The translations under genes and the position numbers were made by a program. A stretch of DNA of 64,000 nt from Alphaproteobacteria bacterium (GTDB lineage: Bacteria > Pseudomonadota > Alphaproteobacteria > UBA6615): assembly GCA_965267185.1 (NCBI GenBank), contig OZ253937.1:720909-784908 (forward strand), written 5' to 3'. Below are positions 10,280 to 20,313 of the stretch, one piece after another; positions within the stretch are counted from its first letter, which is position 1, and each line of letters opens with the position of its first letter. Below the pieces are notes generated by a model. It had not been told where the DNA came from and did no database searches. It saw only the letters and a list, made by a program, of their open reading frames with translations.

Positions 10280-11812
10280 ATGAACCTGGGTATTTTGTTA
10301 ACCCGCGCCGCGCGCTCGTTTCCCGAACGCGTGGCGATTGCCCATGGCGCGTCGGCCTACTGCACCTATGGCGAGCTGGCGCAGCGCGCCTCGGCGCTCG
10401 CCGGATCGATACGCGGCCGGCTTGGTTTGGCCACCGACGACCGGGTCGGCCTGTTCATGACCAATTGTCCGCAATATCTCGAAGCGTTCCACGGCGCGCT
10501 GCATGCCGGCATGACGACGTTGCCGATCAATAACAAGCTGCACGAAAAGGAGCTCGCTTACATTCTGGACGATGCGGGCGCCAGCGCGGTGTTTGTGACG
10601 CCTGACGTGGCCGAGAAAACGGCAACCGCGATTGCCGATACGGGCCGCGATATCAAAATGATCGTGGTCGGCGAAGCCGAGTATGGCGGTCTGCTCGAGG
10701 GCGATCCGATCGATATCGTGCATCGGGCGGCCGACGATCTGGCCTGGCTGTTCTACACCAGTGGCACCACCGGTCAGCCCAAAGGCGCGATGCTGACCCA
10801 CCGCAATCTGTGGGACGGCACCTTGAATTACTTTGTCGACATCGACCGGGTGTCGGCCAACGGCAGCGCCATCCACGCCGCGCCCATGTCGCATGGATCG
10901 GGCTTCTACGGGTTGCCCCATCTGGCGCCGGGCGCGAAACAAGTGGTGCCGGAATCGGGCGGCTTCGATCCGGCGGAAATCTACGAGCTAATTGATGCGC
11001 ACAGCGAAGTTTCCATGTTCGCCGCGCCGACCATGGTCAAGCGCTTCGTTGAGCACAATGGCGGCGGCGATGCGGCGAACCTGCGCACCATCACCTATGG
11101 CGGCGGTCCCATGTACGTCGCCGACTGTAAGCGCGCGTTGGACCGGCTCGGCCCCAAGCTGGTGCAGATTTACGGTCAAGGTGAAAGCCCGATGACCATT
11201 ACCGTGCTGCCGCGCGAAGACCATATGGCAACCGATCACCCGCGCTACGAAGAGCGGCTGGCGTCGGTGGGGTACGCCCAGAGCGTCGTCGAAGTGCGGG
11301 TGGTCGATGGCGACGATAACAAACTGCCGGCTGGCGAAGTCGGCGAGATTCTGGTGCGTGGCGACGTGGTGATGAAAGGCTATTGGGAGCGGCCCGACGT
11401 AACCGCCGAGGCGCTACGCGGCGGCTGGCTGCACACCGGCGACATGGGCGCGTTCGACGAGGACGGCTATCTCACCCTGAAAGATCGATCAAAAGACATG
11501 ATCATCAGCGGTGGCTCCAACATTTATCCGCGCGAAATTGAGGAAGTGCTGCTGCGCCACCCGGCGGTGAGCGAGTGCGCCGTGGTCGGGCGGCCCCACG
11601 AGGAATGGGGTGAGGAGGTGGTTGCCTTCGTCGCACCGGTCGAGGGCGAGGAGGTCGATACCGCCGAGCTCGACCAGCTATGCCTCGACAATATCGCCCG
11701 GTTCAAGCGGCCCAAGGATTACCGTATCGCGCCGGCCCTGCCGAAAAACAACTACGGCAAGATCGTCAAACGCGAGCTGCGCAACTGGCTCGAAAGCGAG
11801 GCCGATGGCTGA
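10280..11812 (+). CDS. AMP-dependent synthetase/ligase (acyl-CoA synthetase family)
   Basis: AMP-binding motif FYTSGTTGQPKGAM; GDMGAFDEDGYLTLKDRSKDMI. Start set at ATG 10280 (MNLGILLTRAA), not the 10151 extension in the track. Confidence 0.88.
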   Translation: MNLGILLTRAARSFPERVAIAHGASAYCTYGELAQRASALAGSIRGRLGLATDDRVGLFMTNCPQYLEAFHGALHAGMTTLPINNKLHEKELAYILDDAGASAVFVTPDVAEKTATAIADTGRDIKMIVVGEAEYGGLLEGDPIDIVHRAADDLAWLFYTSGTTGQPKGAMLTHRNLWDGTLNYFVDIDRVSANGSAIHAAPMSHGSGFYGLPHLAPGAKQVVPESGGFDPAEIYELIDAHSEVSMFAAPTMVKRFVEHNGGGDAANLRTITYGGGPMYVADCKRALDRLGPKLVQIYGQGESPMTITVLPREDHMATDHPRYEERLASVGYAQSVVEVRVVDGDDNKLPAGEVGEILVRGDVVMKGYWERPDVTAEALRGGWLHTGDMGAFDEDGYLTLKDRSKDMIISGGSNIYPREIEEVLLRHPAVSECAVVGRPHEEWGEEVVAFVAPVEGEEVDTAELDQLCLDNIARFKRPKDYRIAPALPKNNYGKIVKRELRNWLESEADG

Positions 11813-12605
11813 TCGCCTGAAAGACAAGGTCGCGATTGTCACTGGCGCCGGGGCCATCGGCGAGGGCTGGGGCAACGGCAAGGCGACGGCGGTCTTGTTC
11901 GCCCGCGAAGGTGCGCATGTGGTCTGCGCCGACATCAATCCGGCGGCGGCGGAAGAGACGGCCAAAATCATCGAAGGCGAGGGGGGCAACGCGATTGTGG
12001 TAGCGACCGACGTTACCGATAGCGATCAAGTGCGCGCGATGGTCGATGCGGCCGTGAGCACCTTTGGCCGGCTCGACATTCTGCACAACAATGTGGGCAT
12101 CGCCGAAGTCGGTGGCCCGGTCGAGGCCAGTGAGGAAAGCTGGGACCGGGTCCATGACGTCAATCTCAAGAGCGCCTTCCTCACCTGCAAATACGCCATC
12201 CCACAGATGCAGGCCCAAGGGGAGGGAGCGATCGTCAACGTGTCGTCGATCTCCGGCGAGCGCTGGCTGGGTGTGCCTTACATTTCCTATTCGACGACCA
12301 AGGCGGCGATGACCCACATGACCCGCGTCATCGCGCGCCAATACGCGCCGGAAAATATCCGCTGCAACGCCGTGCTGCCGGGCCTGATGCAAACGCCGAT
12401 GGTGTCCCATTCGCTGCAAGGCGCCTATGGTGACAAGGATATCGACGAGCTCTGGGCGAAGCGCGAGGCGCAGGTGCCGCTCAACCGCGTCGGCGATGCG
12501 TGGGACGTGGCTCATGCCGCGTTGTACCTCGCATCGGATGAGGCGCGTTACGTCACCGGGGCCGCGTTGGTGGTCGATGGCGGTTTGACGCTAGGCGCAG
12601 GGTAG
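11805..12605 (+). CDS. SDR family oxidoreductase
   Basis: TGAGAIGEG cofactor motif; NNVG; YxxxK context. The ATG overlaps the ligase stop (ATGGCTGA). Confidence 0.88.
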   Translation: MADRLKDKVAIVTGAGAIGEGWGNGKATAVLFAREGAHVVCADINPAAAEETAKIIEGEGGNAIVVATDVTDSDQVRAMVDAAVSTFGRLDILHNNVGIAEVGGPVEASEESWDRVHDVNLKSAFLTCKYAIPQMQAQGEGAIVNVSSISGERWLGVPYISYSTTKAAMTHMTRVIARQYAPENIRCNAVLPGLMQTPMVSHSLQGAYGDKDIDELWAKREAQVPLNRVGDAWDVAHAALYLASDEARYVTGAALVVDGGLTLGAG

Positions 12606-12616
12606 GGAGGACAGCA

Positions 12617-13567
12617 ATGCCATCACCGGTCGATCCTGGTCTACAGGCGGTCTTCGATGAATTGAAAGCGGCAGGGGCGGCGCTGCCCGATCCCGCCGAT
12701 GTGGGTGTGGAAGAAGCGCGCGCGGCGCGGGAGCGCTACTACGCCTATCTGAACCAGCCGGACGGCGAGATCGCCATGGATTCGGTCGAGGACGTGTCAT
12801 TCGAAGGGCCCCATGGCCCCATCACGCTGCGCCTCTACTTCCCAAGCGACGAGCGGCCGGCGCCGGTGACTGTGTTCATCCATGGCGGCGGCTGGTGGAC
12901 CGGCAACGTTGCTGCCTACGATCAGATCTGCCGCCGCTTGGCGATGGAAACCGGCTGCGCCGTCGCCAGCCTCGAATATCGTCTCTGGCCCGAGTTCCGT
13001 TTCCCCGTGCCGGTCGACGAAACCATGGCGGCGGCTAACTGGGTGTTAAACGAGGGCGCCGCCCGTGGGCTCGATCCCACGCGCATCGCCTTTGCCGGCG
13101 ATTCCGCCGGGGCGACATTGGCACTCTATGCCGGTACCGAGTTGAAGACCACCGGCGCGGTCAAGGCGCTGGCGCTGGTCTACGGCGTCTACTGGGTCGA
13201 TGTCGATACGCCAGCCTGGCGCGAGATCGGCGACGGCACCTACGGCCTCACCGTGCAGCAGATGCAGTGGATTTGGGACGGGTATCTGGGCGGACAAAAC
13301 GTCGATCTGCAGGACCCGAGGCTCGCGCCGCTTTATGCCGACTTGTCCGGTTTGCCGCCCACCTGGGTGATGGTCGGTGACCTCGACCCGCTCATCGACG
13401 ACAACCGCGAATTGGTTCAACGGCTCGATGCGGCGGGTGTGCCCCATACCTTCAAGATCGAAGAGGGCGTCACCCATTTCGTGTGGATGTGGCAACGCCT
13501 GTACGAACGATCCCGCGCCTCCATCGCGGAGGGTGGCGCGTTTCTTAAGCAGCAGTTGCGGGATTAG
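12617..13567 (+). CDS. alpha/beta hydrolase (esterase/lipase, HSL-like)
   Basis: HGGGWW oxyanion motif, GDSAG nucleophile elbow. Confidence 0.88.
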   Translation: MPSPVDPGLQAVFDELKAAGAALPDPADVGVEEARAARERYYAYLNQPDGEIAMDSVEDVSFEGPHGPITLRLYFPSDERPAPVTVFIHGGGWWTGNVAAYDQICRRLAMETGCAVASLEYRLWPEFRFPVPVDETMAAANWVLNEGAARGLDPTRIAFAGDSAGATLALYAGTELKTTGAVKALALVYGVYWVDVDTPAWREIGDGTYGLTVQQMQWIWDGYLGGQNVDLQDPRLAPLYADLSGLPPTWVMVGDLDPLIDDNRELVQRLDAAGVPHTFKIEEGVTHFVWMWQRLYERSRASIAEGGAFLKQQLRD

Positions 13568-14540
13568 CACTGCCGCGCGGCCGGACGAATTTTTGTTCGG
13601 CCATGGGGGTTCCCCACTGATCGCCGACATACTCTTCGGTCAGAACGAAACCGTTGCGCTCGTAGAGATGCCGTGCGGCGTCTAGTCCTTCGATGGTCCA
13701 GAGATGGGTTTCGGTGAAACCGCGTTCGTCGCAAAATGCAAGCGCGTGATCGATCAGCTGACGACCGACGCCGGTTCCACGAGCGACACCGTCGACAATG
13801 AACCAGCGCAGATGAGCGCGGTTCCCGTCCAAATCCTCGCCGTCGATGGCGATGCTGCCAACGATCCGGCCGTCGAGATAGGCGCCCCAAATGGCGTTGT
13901 CCGGCCTATCGAGCCGCGTTGAAAACTCCGCCAGGCCGCCGGCGACCTTGGCTTCGAACGCGGTGCCGAGCGCTGTCCGGCCCCCATAGTAGGCGGCGTG
14001 CATCGCGACGACACGGCCGATGAGGCCGGGCACGCATCCATCTTTAATAATGGCACGCTTGCGGCGACGTCCGGTCTCGCTCGTTTGACGGCTCGCCCGC
14101 AGCGCCGCTGCATAGTCTTGCAGACCCGCCGTGATCGTGCGCCGCGATTTGTCGGTTAGGGGCGCAATCGCGGCTGAGACCTGCTCTTCGGCAAACGCGT
14201 TGATCGCCGCCAGGGTCGTTTCGCCTTTGTGCGAGAGGCGCAAATGCTTCGCGCGCGCGTCTTCGTCTGAACGCAATTCCTGTACAAGTCCAGCATCGAT
14301 AAGCGACCTCACCAGCCGGCTAACGGTAGATTTTTCGAGTAACAGCCGGTCGCAAAGGTCTTTAGAAGTCAGTTGATTAGATGATCCAATCTCAATGATC
14401 GCATGAACACCAGAGGCCGATAGATTGGTGCCCGCGAGGGTGCGGCCCATAAATCCCAACTCGCGCACGAGGTTGCGCGACGCAGCGCGTATGTTGGGGA
14501 TCATGTTTGTGGTCAGCTGTTCCAAAAGGTCCTCCGACAT
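13545..14540 (-). CDS. MarR-family HTH regulator fused to a C-terminal GNAT N-acetyltransferase domain
   Basis: N-terminal SKDLCDRLLLEKSTVSRLVRSLIDAGLV (MarR wHTH); C-terminal RWFIVDGVARGTGVGRQLIDHA (GNAT motif A). Start ATG at 14538-14540 lies inside the palindrome. Confidence 0.8.
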   Translation of the reverse strand: MSEDLLEQLTTNMIPNIRAASRNLVRELGFMGRTLAGTNLSASGVHAIIEIGSSNQLTSKDLCDRLLLEKSTVSRLVRSLIDAGLVQELRSDEDARAKHLRLSHKGETTLAAINAFAEEQVSAAIAPLTDKSRRTITAGLQDYAAALRASRQTSETGRRRKRAIIKDGCVPGLIGRVVAMHAAYYGGRTALGTAFEAKVAGGLAEFSTRLDRPDNAIWGAYLDGRIVGSIAIDGEDLDGNRAHLRWFIVDGVARGTGVGRQLIDHALAFCDERGFTETHLWTIEGLDAARHLYERNGFVLTEEYVGDQWGTPMAEQKFVRPRGSANPATAA

Positions 14541-14569
14541 AGTTGTATAATACAACTATGTCGGAGGAC
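14529..14569. promoter_or_regulatory. 41-bp perfect palindrome (20-bp arms) containing a TATAAT hexamer; it overlaps the MarR-GNAT start codon
   Basis: GTCCTCCGACATAGTTGTAT-A-ATACAACTATGTCGGAGGAC, checked base by base. Confidence 0.75.
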
Positions 14570-14701
14570 GCAAACCCGGTCGCAAGGCTGTTTCGGAGCC
14601 ACCATCCAAGCCATCGGTCCTTCCAACGATCAAACGTGCACGGGCCGATTGTCTTCAACTCGAAAGCGCCGTAATTTTTACATATCAAAAATGAGGCGCA
14701 A

Positions 14702-15493
14702 TTGGCCGCGGCGACAAAGAGACAAACTTATCAAAGCAAATCGCTGGAAAAGGGCATTGCGATACTCAATTGTCTCGGCGATAGCGACGGACCCTTGCCT
14801 TTGATGGAACTGTGTCGGCAAACCGGCCTCGACACAGGTACTGCCTACCGTTACCTCGCAGTTCTGACACGCCACCACTACGTGCTCAAGGATCCGGTCA
14901 CGCGGGAATATTCCCTGAGCTATGGCCTTTTCCGGCTTGCTCACCGCCCGTTCGCGTTAAACACTGTTGCCCGGCATGCCCACCGGTTCCTCGCCGAACT
15001 CAGCGGTATAACCGGATTGCCGGCATCGATCGGCGCGCTCGAAGGCCGGCAGGTTGTGGTGCTTAGTGTTGTTGGAGCTGCGGAAGAAAGATTGGATAGT
15101 CTCGACGTCACCGACGATGCGCACTGCAGTGCGATCGGGAAAATGCTGCTGGCATACCGCGGTGCGGACTACGTCGCGCGCCTCTACCCGAATGTGCCGC
15201 TGCGGCGGCATACGGAAGAAACCATTGTGTCGCTAAACGCCCTGCGTACCGAGCTCAGGCAGGCGGCGGAAAATGGTTACGCTGTCGAACGTGGTGAACG
15301 TATGCCCAACTTGTGGGCGGTGGCCGGTGCAGTCGTCAACCCGGCTGGCGAAGCAAACGTCGCGATTGCTGTCGCCGGGCCCGCAAAGCAGTTTTCGGGC
15401 AAACTCGAAGCCCAGCGGGGAGCTCAGGTTGCCCAAACAGCCCGGCAAATAGCGGGCTACATCGTTAGCGCGCCTGACGTTTTCAACACCTGA
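14702..15493 (+). CDS. IclR family transcriptional regulator
   Basis: N-terminal HTH (SLEKGIAILNCLG...PLPLMELCRQTGLDTGTAYRYL) and a C-terminal effector domain. The start is probably TTG/GTG and is uncertain. Confidence 0.8.
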   Translation: MAAATKRQTYQSKSLEKGIAILNCLGDSDGPLPLMELCRQTGLDTGTAYRYLAVLTRHHYVLKDPVTREYSLSYGLFRLAHRPFALNTVARHAHRFLAELSGITGLPASIGALEGRQVVVLSVVGAAEERLDSLDVTDDAHCSAIGKMLLAYRGADYVARLYPNVPLRRHTEETIVSLNALRTELRQAAENGYAVERGERMPNLWAVAGAVVNPAGEANVAIAVAGPAKQFSGKLEAQRGAQVAQTARQIAGYIVSAPDVFNT

Positions 15494-15572
15494 AAACTAA
15501 GACCCTTTCTCCTATACACTTTTCGGCAAGTGCCATATTTGCGGGTGGTATCTATCGACCTAGGAGAGGGCT

Positions 15573-16151
15573 ATGGAAACGTTAGATTTCACCCCTGAGG
15601 ATATGGAAAAGCGCATCGCGCGCCTCGGCGACCTGACGCCGAACAAGGCCGAGTTCGCCGAACGCGGCGGCGTACCGCAAGAAGCCTACGAGTTTGTTGC
15701 CGCTAAAGACATTTTCCTTCTCATGGCCAAGCCGAAGCCGGCGGAAAAGCAGAACAGCAAGCCGGCGGTCGAAGGTCCTGACGGCGCTTCGGTTTACGTT
15801 GTCGGCACGCCGCCGGGCGACGGGCCGGCTCTGCACGCCCATATGACGACCTACGAGACCTTTATGCCGCTCACGGGACGTTACCGGTTCGACTATGGCC
15901 GCGATGGCAAGCACAATGTGGTGCTCAACCCGTTTGAGCTGATCTCGGTGCCGCCGGGAGTCATCCGCCGGTTCGAGAATGTCGAGGACTACGAGAGCCG
16001 CATGCTGGTGATCATCCAGGGCGAGGACGAAAACGCCCTGAACGACATCATCATGCCACCATCAGTCGGCGAGGAGATCGCCGAGCGGTGGGGGCCGGAG
16101 ACCACGGCGAAGATCGAAGAGATGGGCATGCTGTTCAACGCCGACGCGTAA
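15573..16151 (+). CDS. cupin-domain protein
   Basis: His-containing cupin motifs (GPALHAHMTTYE...); 192 aa. Confidence 0.6.
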   Translation: METLDFTPEDMEKRIARLGDLTPNKAEFAERGGVPQEAYEFVAAKDIFLLMAKPKPAEKQNSKPAVEGPDGASVYVVGTPPGDGPALHAHMTTYETFMPLTGRYRFDYGRDGKHNVVLNPFELISVPPGVIRRFENVEDYESRMLVIIQGEDENALNDIIMPPSVGEEIAERWGPETTAKIEEMGMLFNADA

Positions 16152-16164
16152 TTAACGGCCGCCG

Positions 16165-17070
16165 CTACTCTTTCGCCATCACCGCTTTCAGGTTCTCGTA
16201 GGAATCGAAGTAGGGCGTGGGATTGCGCAACTCGGTGATCTCGGCCCATTGCGCGCCGAGTTCTTCCGGCGTCACCGCCGCGTGCGGGTCGCATTTGATA
16301 CCCGTGCTTTCGACGATATGGATTTTCGAATAGTAGCCCGCGGTGGCGGCGATGACATTGCCACCGTCCGTGCAGTCCTCGCTCACCAGATAGGTGGCCA
16401 TGGCGGACACCGCTTCCGGGGTTACGAGCTCGGGATCGTATTCGTTGAAGATGCCTGAAGGTTCGGCGATGCGCGTCGCCGCGAGCGGCGCGATGGCGTT
16501 GACCGTGATATTGTTGCGCGAGCTTTCGATATTGAGCACGTTCATCAGGCCGACGATCCCCATCTTCGCCGCGCCGTAGTTGGTCTGCCCGAAGGTGCCG
16601 TACAGGCCGCCGCTCGACGTCGTCATCAGGATGCGGCCATAGTCCTTCTCGCGCATGATCGGGTAGGCGGCGTGGCTGACATAGACCGAGCCCATCAAGT
16701 GCACCTGAATGACGAACTCGTAATCGTCCAGGTCCATCTTGTGAAACGACTTGTCGCGCACGATGCCCGCATTGTTAATCAGGATATCGACGGTGCCGAA
16801 GGCATCGACGGCGGTCTTCACGATGTTCGCCGCGCCGGTGCGGTCGGCGACACTATCGTAGTTGGCGACCGCTTCGCCGCCGGCTTGCTTGATTTCGTCG
16901 ACGACCGCGTCAGCCGGCGATTGTGAACCGCCGCTGCCGTCGACGGCGCCGCCCAGATCGTTGACCACCACTTTGGCGCCGCGTGCCGCCAGCGCCAGCG
17001 CGTGGCTGCGGCCCAACCCATGCCCGGCGCCGGTGACGATGGCAACCCGGTTATCGAAACGTATGGCCAT
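16165..17070 (-). CDS. SDR family oxidoreductase, MFE-2/3-hydroxyacyl-CoA dehydrogenase-like
   Basis: VAIVTGAGHGLGRSHAL, NNAGI, YGAAKMG. Confidence 0.85.
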   Translation of the reverse strand: MAIRFDNRVAIVTGAGHGLGRSHALALAARGAKVVVNDLGGAVDGSGGSQSPADAVVDEIKQAGGEAVANYDSVADRTGAANIVKTAVDAFGTVDILINNAGIVRDKSFHKMDLDDYEFVIQVHLMGSVYVSHAAYPIMREKDYGRILMTTSSGGLYGTFGQTNYGAAKMGIVGLMNVLNIESSRNNITVNAIAPLAATRIAEPSGIFNEYDPELVTPEAVSAMATYLVSEDCTDGGNVIAATAGYYSKIHIVESTGIKCDPHAAVTPEELGAQWAEITELRNPTPYFDSYENLKAVMAKE

Positions 17071-17310
17071 GATATTCCCCCTGTCGTTCCCCTCGCGGCC
17101 GGTTTCTCCAGTTCGCCGCGTTGTGGCGGGACCTTTCCCGGTTCGCCCATATCAGTCAACCGGCATGCATAACTGGTGTGCCGGAAGATCACCGAATTGC
17201 GCGTGGATTTTCTGTGTCTCACACGTTAGCTTGCCGCGCCCGATTCAGCGCCTAGCGGCGGCGATACCGGTTGGGCCAAGAATTATCGGCATTTCAGGGG
17301 GTGGGACGGA

Positions 17311-18222
17311 ATGGCTGAGTTGGACTGGGTACAATATTGGTTCATGTTTCCGGTGGCGATGGGCGTGGCAACGACGGCCATGCTGAGCGGCATCGGCGGC
17401 GCCGCGCTGTTCATCCCGATTTTTGTGATCATTTTCCCGATGCTCGGGCCGGAATACCCGCTGACGACGGCGGCGGCCATCGGTTCAGCCTTGATGACCG
17501 AAGTGTTTGGCTTTTCCTCCGGTTTTGTAGGCTATTACCGGAAAAAGCTGATCGACTTTCGAAGTGCGGTTCCGTTCTTAATCGTGTCGGTGCCGATCGC
17601 CATTGTCGGCGCGATCCTATTGGCGACATTGAGTGAGCAGGAAGTATTTCTCAAAGGCGCCTATGCGTTGCTGATGCTGCTGCTCTGCCCGATTATTCTG
17701 CGCCATACGCCGCCGGAAGACATTGCCGCGGCGCAATCGGCGGGCGCTGCCGCCGTTGATGACGGCCGCGAGATACGCAGCATCACCGGCCGCGACGGGC
17801 AGACCTACACGTTTCGCAAGCCCCGTCTCGGCGTGTTCGGCGCCGGTGCGACGGGGGTTGGCGGCTTTTTGACGGGTCTGCTGGGGGTTGGCATCGGCGA
17901 AGTGATTATTTCGCAGCTTGTAAAGCGCAACCGCGTACCGGTCGCCGTCGCTGCCGCAACCTCGGTGTTCACCGTTATCGTCACCATCGCGTCGGCGTCA
18001 TTTACTCAAGTTACGGCGCTGATCGCCGCGGGCGGCATAAACGCGATTCCGTGGAACTTGGTGGTCTACACGGTACCGGCGGTCATCATTGGCGGCCAGA
18101 TCGGCCCGCGTCTGCAAGGCACCATCCCGCAGCGCACGATGGAGAAAGCTATCGCCATCCTATTTGGCATTATCGGGCTTGCTATGGCATTTATCGTCTT
18201 GCGCCAACTCGGCGTGCTTTAA
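17311..18222 (+). CDS. TauE/SafE (DUF81) family anion exporter-like membrane protein
   Basis: Polytopic with two repeated halves; GIGGAALFIP and GVGIGEVII motifs. Confidence 0.75.
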   Translation: MAELDWVQYWFMFPVAMGVATTAMLSGIGGAALFIPIFVIIFPMLGPEYPLTTAAAIGSALMTEVFGFSSGFVGYYRKKLIDFRSAVPFLIVSVPIAIVGAILLATLSEQEVFLKGAYALLMLLLCPIILRHTPPEDIAAAQSAGAAAVDDGREIRSITGRDGQTYTFRKPRLGVFGAGATGVGGFLTGLLGVGIGEVIISQLVKRNRVPVAVAAATSVFTVIVTIASASFTQVTALIAAGGINAIPWNLVVYTVPAVIIGGQIGPRLQGTIPQRTMEKAIAILFGIIGLAMAFIVLRQLGVL

Positions 18223-18252
18223 ACCCCATGCGCAGCGCGCAGGAACCGCACT

Positions 18253-18987
18253 ATGTCACTGGGTCTGTCAGAAAGCCGAAATCGCCGCCGACGCCATGGG
18301 CGAATGCTTCTGTTGCTGCTGCGTTGGCTGTTTGTTGCCGCCGTGGCCGTCGCGGCAGGTTACTACGCTTATGATTTCGGTTCCGAGTTGGCGCGCCAGG
18401 AAGTCCGCGTCCTGGAAGGGCGGCTGGTTCAAGCCGATGCGGAGAACAGCCAACAGCGCACTGACATTGAGGGTTTAGAAGCGGCGTTACGCGAGGAGCG
18501 TGGCTTGGTTGCCCAATGGCGCGACCGCTACGAGGCGGAAGTACCGTCGACCGACGACGCCGCTCTGCTGGAAATTATCAAGCAACGGATTGACGATGGC
18601 GTATCGCGCGAGCGGTTGGCCGCGGTCATCGCGCTGGCGCAAGATCAGGACGATTGCGAACCGCTCCCCGGAACGCGCCGGTTCGTGGTGCAAAATCCGG
18701 TCTATTCGGGCGCCAATGACGTGGTGTCGTTTGCCGAAAACGCGATCATTGTCACCGCGACAGGGGAGTCGTCGCTGAATAGCATCGGCCAGCCGGAGGC
18801 CTGGTTCGATCCGGCCAAGCCGGTCACCGTCTACTTCACCCGGCCCGGCGGCGACACAACGTCGACGACCGGCGTCTTGCCGCTGCATCACGCGGTTGTC
18901 GTCGATGACCGCGAGTTCCGCTTCAGTGTTGTGGCCGGGAGCCGGTCTTTCGCCGACATCACCGGTCATCGTTGCGCTTATCCCTAG
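18253..18987 (+). CDS. hypothetical protein with an N-terminal Arg-rich segment, a TM helix and a coiled coil
   Basis: 244-aa ORF; RNRRRRHGRMLLLLLRWLFVAAVAVAAGYYAY, then a heptad-like region. No recognised domain. Confidence 0.55.
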   Translation: MSLGLSESRNRRRRHGRMLLLLLRWLFVAAVAVAAGYYAYDFGSELARQEVRVLEGRLVQADAENSQQRTDIEGLEAALREERGLVAQWRDRYEAEVPSTDDAALLEIIKQRIDDGVSRERLAAVIALAQDQDDCEPLPGTRRFVVQNPVYSGANDVVSFAENAIIVTATGESSLNSIGQPEAWFDPAKPVTVYFTRPGGDTTSTTGVLPLHHAVVVDDREFRFSVVAGSRSFADITGHRCAYP

Positions 18988-19305
18988 AGAGTCCGGGATA
19001 TATCGGGACGGCTACCCGATCACCGTTGGTGTCAAAAGTTCAATTTAACGTGTAAAACGCGCAAAACGAGGCTGTCATCGCGTACCTTCCCCGCCCGAGC
19101 AGGGCCAGAACCAGCAACCGGGATTCTCAGAAAAGTACCGGTTTACTGCGGTTTGGCGTCTTGCCGGGCGCGATCTTGAAACGGGTTTGAGAAACGACTA
19201 AATCGGGGGCGAATTCGCGATCGGTCACTGATTTTGGCGGCAGACCGTGCCGCTTGGGCACGACGGCGAGAGAAATGCAGAAGTGAATGAGGGAGCGGGT
19301 TAATC

Positions 19306-20313
19306 GTGGACAAATTGCTGGAAATTGACCGCTTGACCAAGCGGTTCGGTCCAATCACCGCTGTAGACGACATTTCATTTTCGGTCGACCGCGGTGAGGT
19401 CCTTGGTTTTCTGGGGCCGAACGGCGCGGGAAAATCAACCACCATGAAGATGGCGACGGGCTACCTGTCGCCGACGTCGGGCAACATCACCGTTTGCGGC
19501 AACGACATACGCCTTCATCCGATCGAGACGAAGCGGCGTATCGGCTACTTACCGGAAGGCGCGCCGCTGTACGGCGATATGACCCCCAACAGCTTGCTGA
19601 ATTTCGTTTGCGATATTCGCAAACTGCCGCGTGACCAGCGGCGCAAAGGATTGGAAGAGGCGATCGAAAGCCTGCATTTACAGCGTGTGTTGCACCAACC
19701 CATCGAAACGCTATCGAAGGGATACAAACGGCGGGTCGGCCTGGCGCAGGCGATTGTCCATGATCCCGACGTACTCGTCCTCGACGAACCGACCGACGGT
19801 CTCGATCCCAACCAAAAGCACGAGGTGAGGGACCTCCTGGCCCGCATGTCGAGCAGCAAGGCGATCATCATCTCGACCCATATTCTCGAAGAGGTCGATG
19901 CGGTGTGCAGCCGCGCGATTATCATCGCGCAGGGGCGCATCGTCGCCGACCAAATGCCGTCGCGGCTCGAGGAGAAATCGCGGTTCCACAACGCGGTCGG
20001 TATTCGTATCGCCAGCGAAGGGGCCGAGCTCTGCGAATCGATCCTTAAGGGCCTCGCCGAGGTCGGCGCGGTCGAGCGGACGGTTCAGCCAACCGGATTG
20101 AGCGAGCTCGTGGCGTTTCCGGCCAATGGCGGCGACATCATCGGGCCGGTGCGCGCGGCGATCGATAGCAACAATCTGAACGTCTCGGAAATGTTCGTGG
20201 AGCGGGGCCGGCTGGAAGATGTCTTCCGCGACCTCACTGTGGGCGCACCAGCGCTCGCCGATGCCCCCGTGGACACCCCCCTGGATACCAAGGAGGAGGC
20301 TGACCATGCGTAG
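19306..20313 (+). CDS. ABC transporter ATP-binding protein (ABC-2/GldA-like)
   Basis: Walker A GPNGAGKST, signature LSKGYKRR, Walker B VLVLDEPT; GTG start after a GAGGGAG RBS. Confidence 0.9.
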   Translation: MDKLLEIDRLTKRFGPITAVDDISFSVDRGEVLGFLGPNGAGKSTTMKMATGYLSPTSGNITVCGNDIRLHPIETKRRIGYLPEGAPLYGDMTPNSLLNFVCDIRKLPRDQRRKGLEEAIESLHLQRVLHQPIETLSKGYKRRVGLAQAIVHDPDVLVLDEPTDGLDPNQKHEVRDLLARMSSSKAIIISTHILEEVDAVCSRAIIIAQGRIVADQMPSRLEEKSRFHNAVGIRIASEGAELCESILKGLAEVGAVERTVQPTGLSELVAFPANGGDIIGPVRAAIDSNNLNVSEMFVERGRLEDVFRDLTVGAPALADAPVDTPLDTKEEADHA

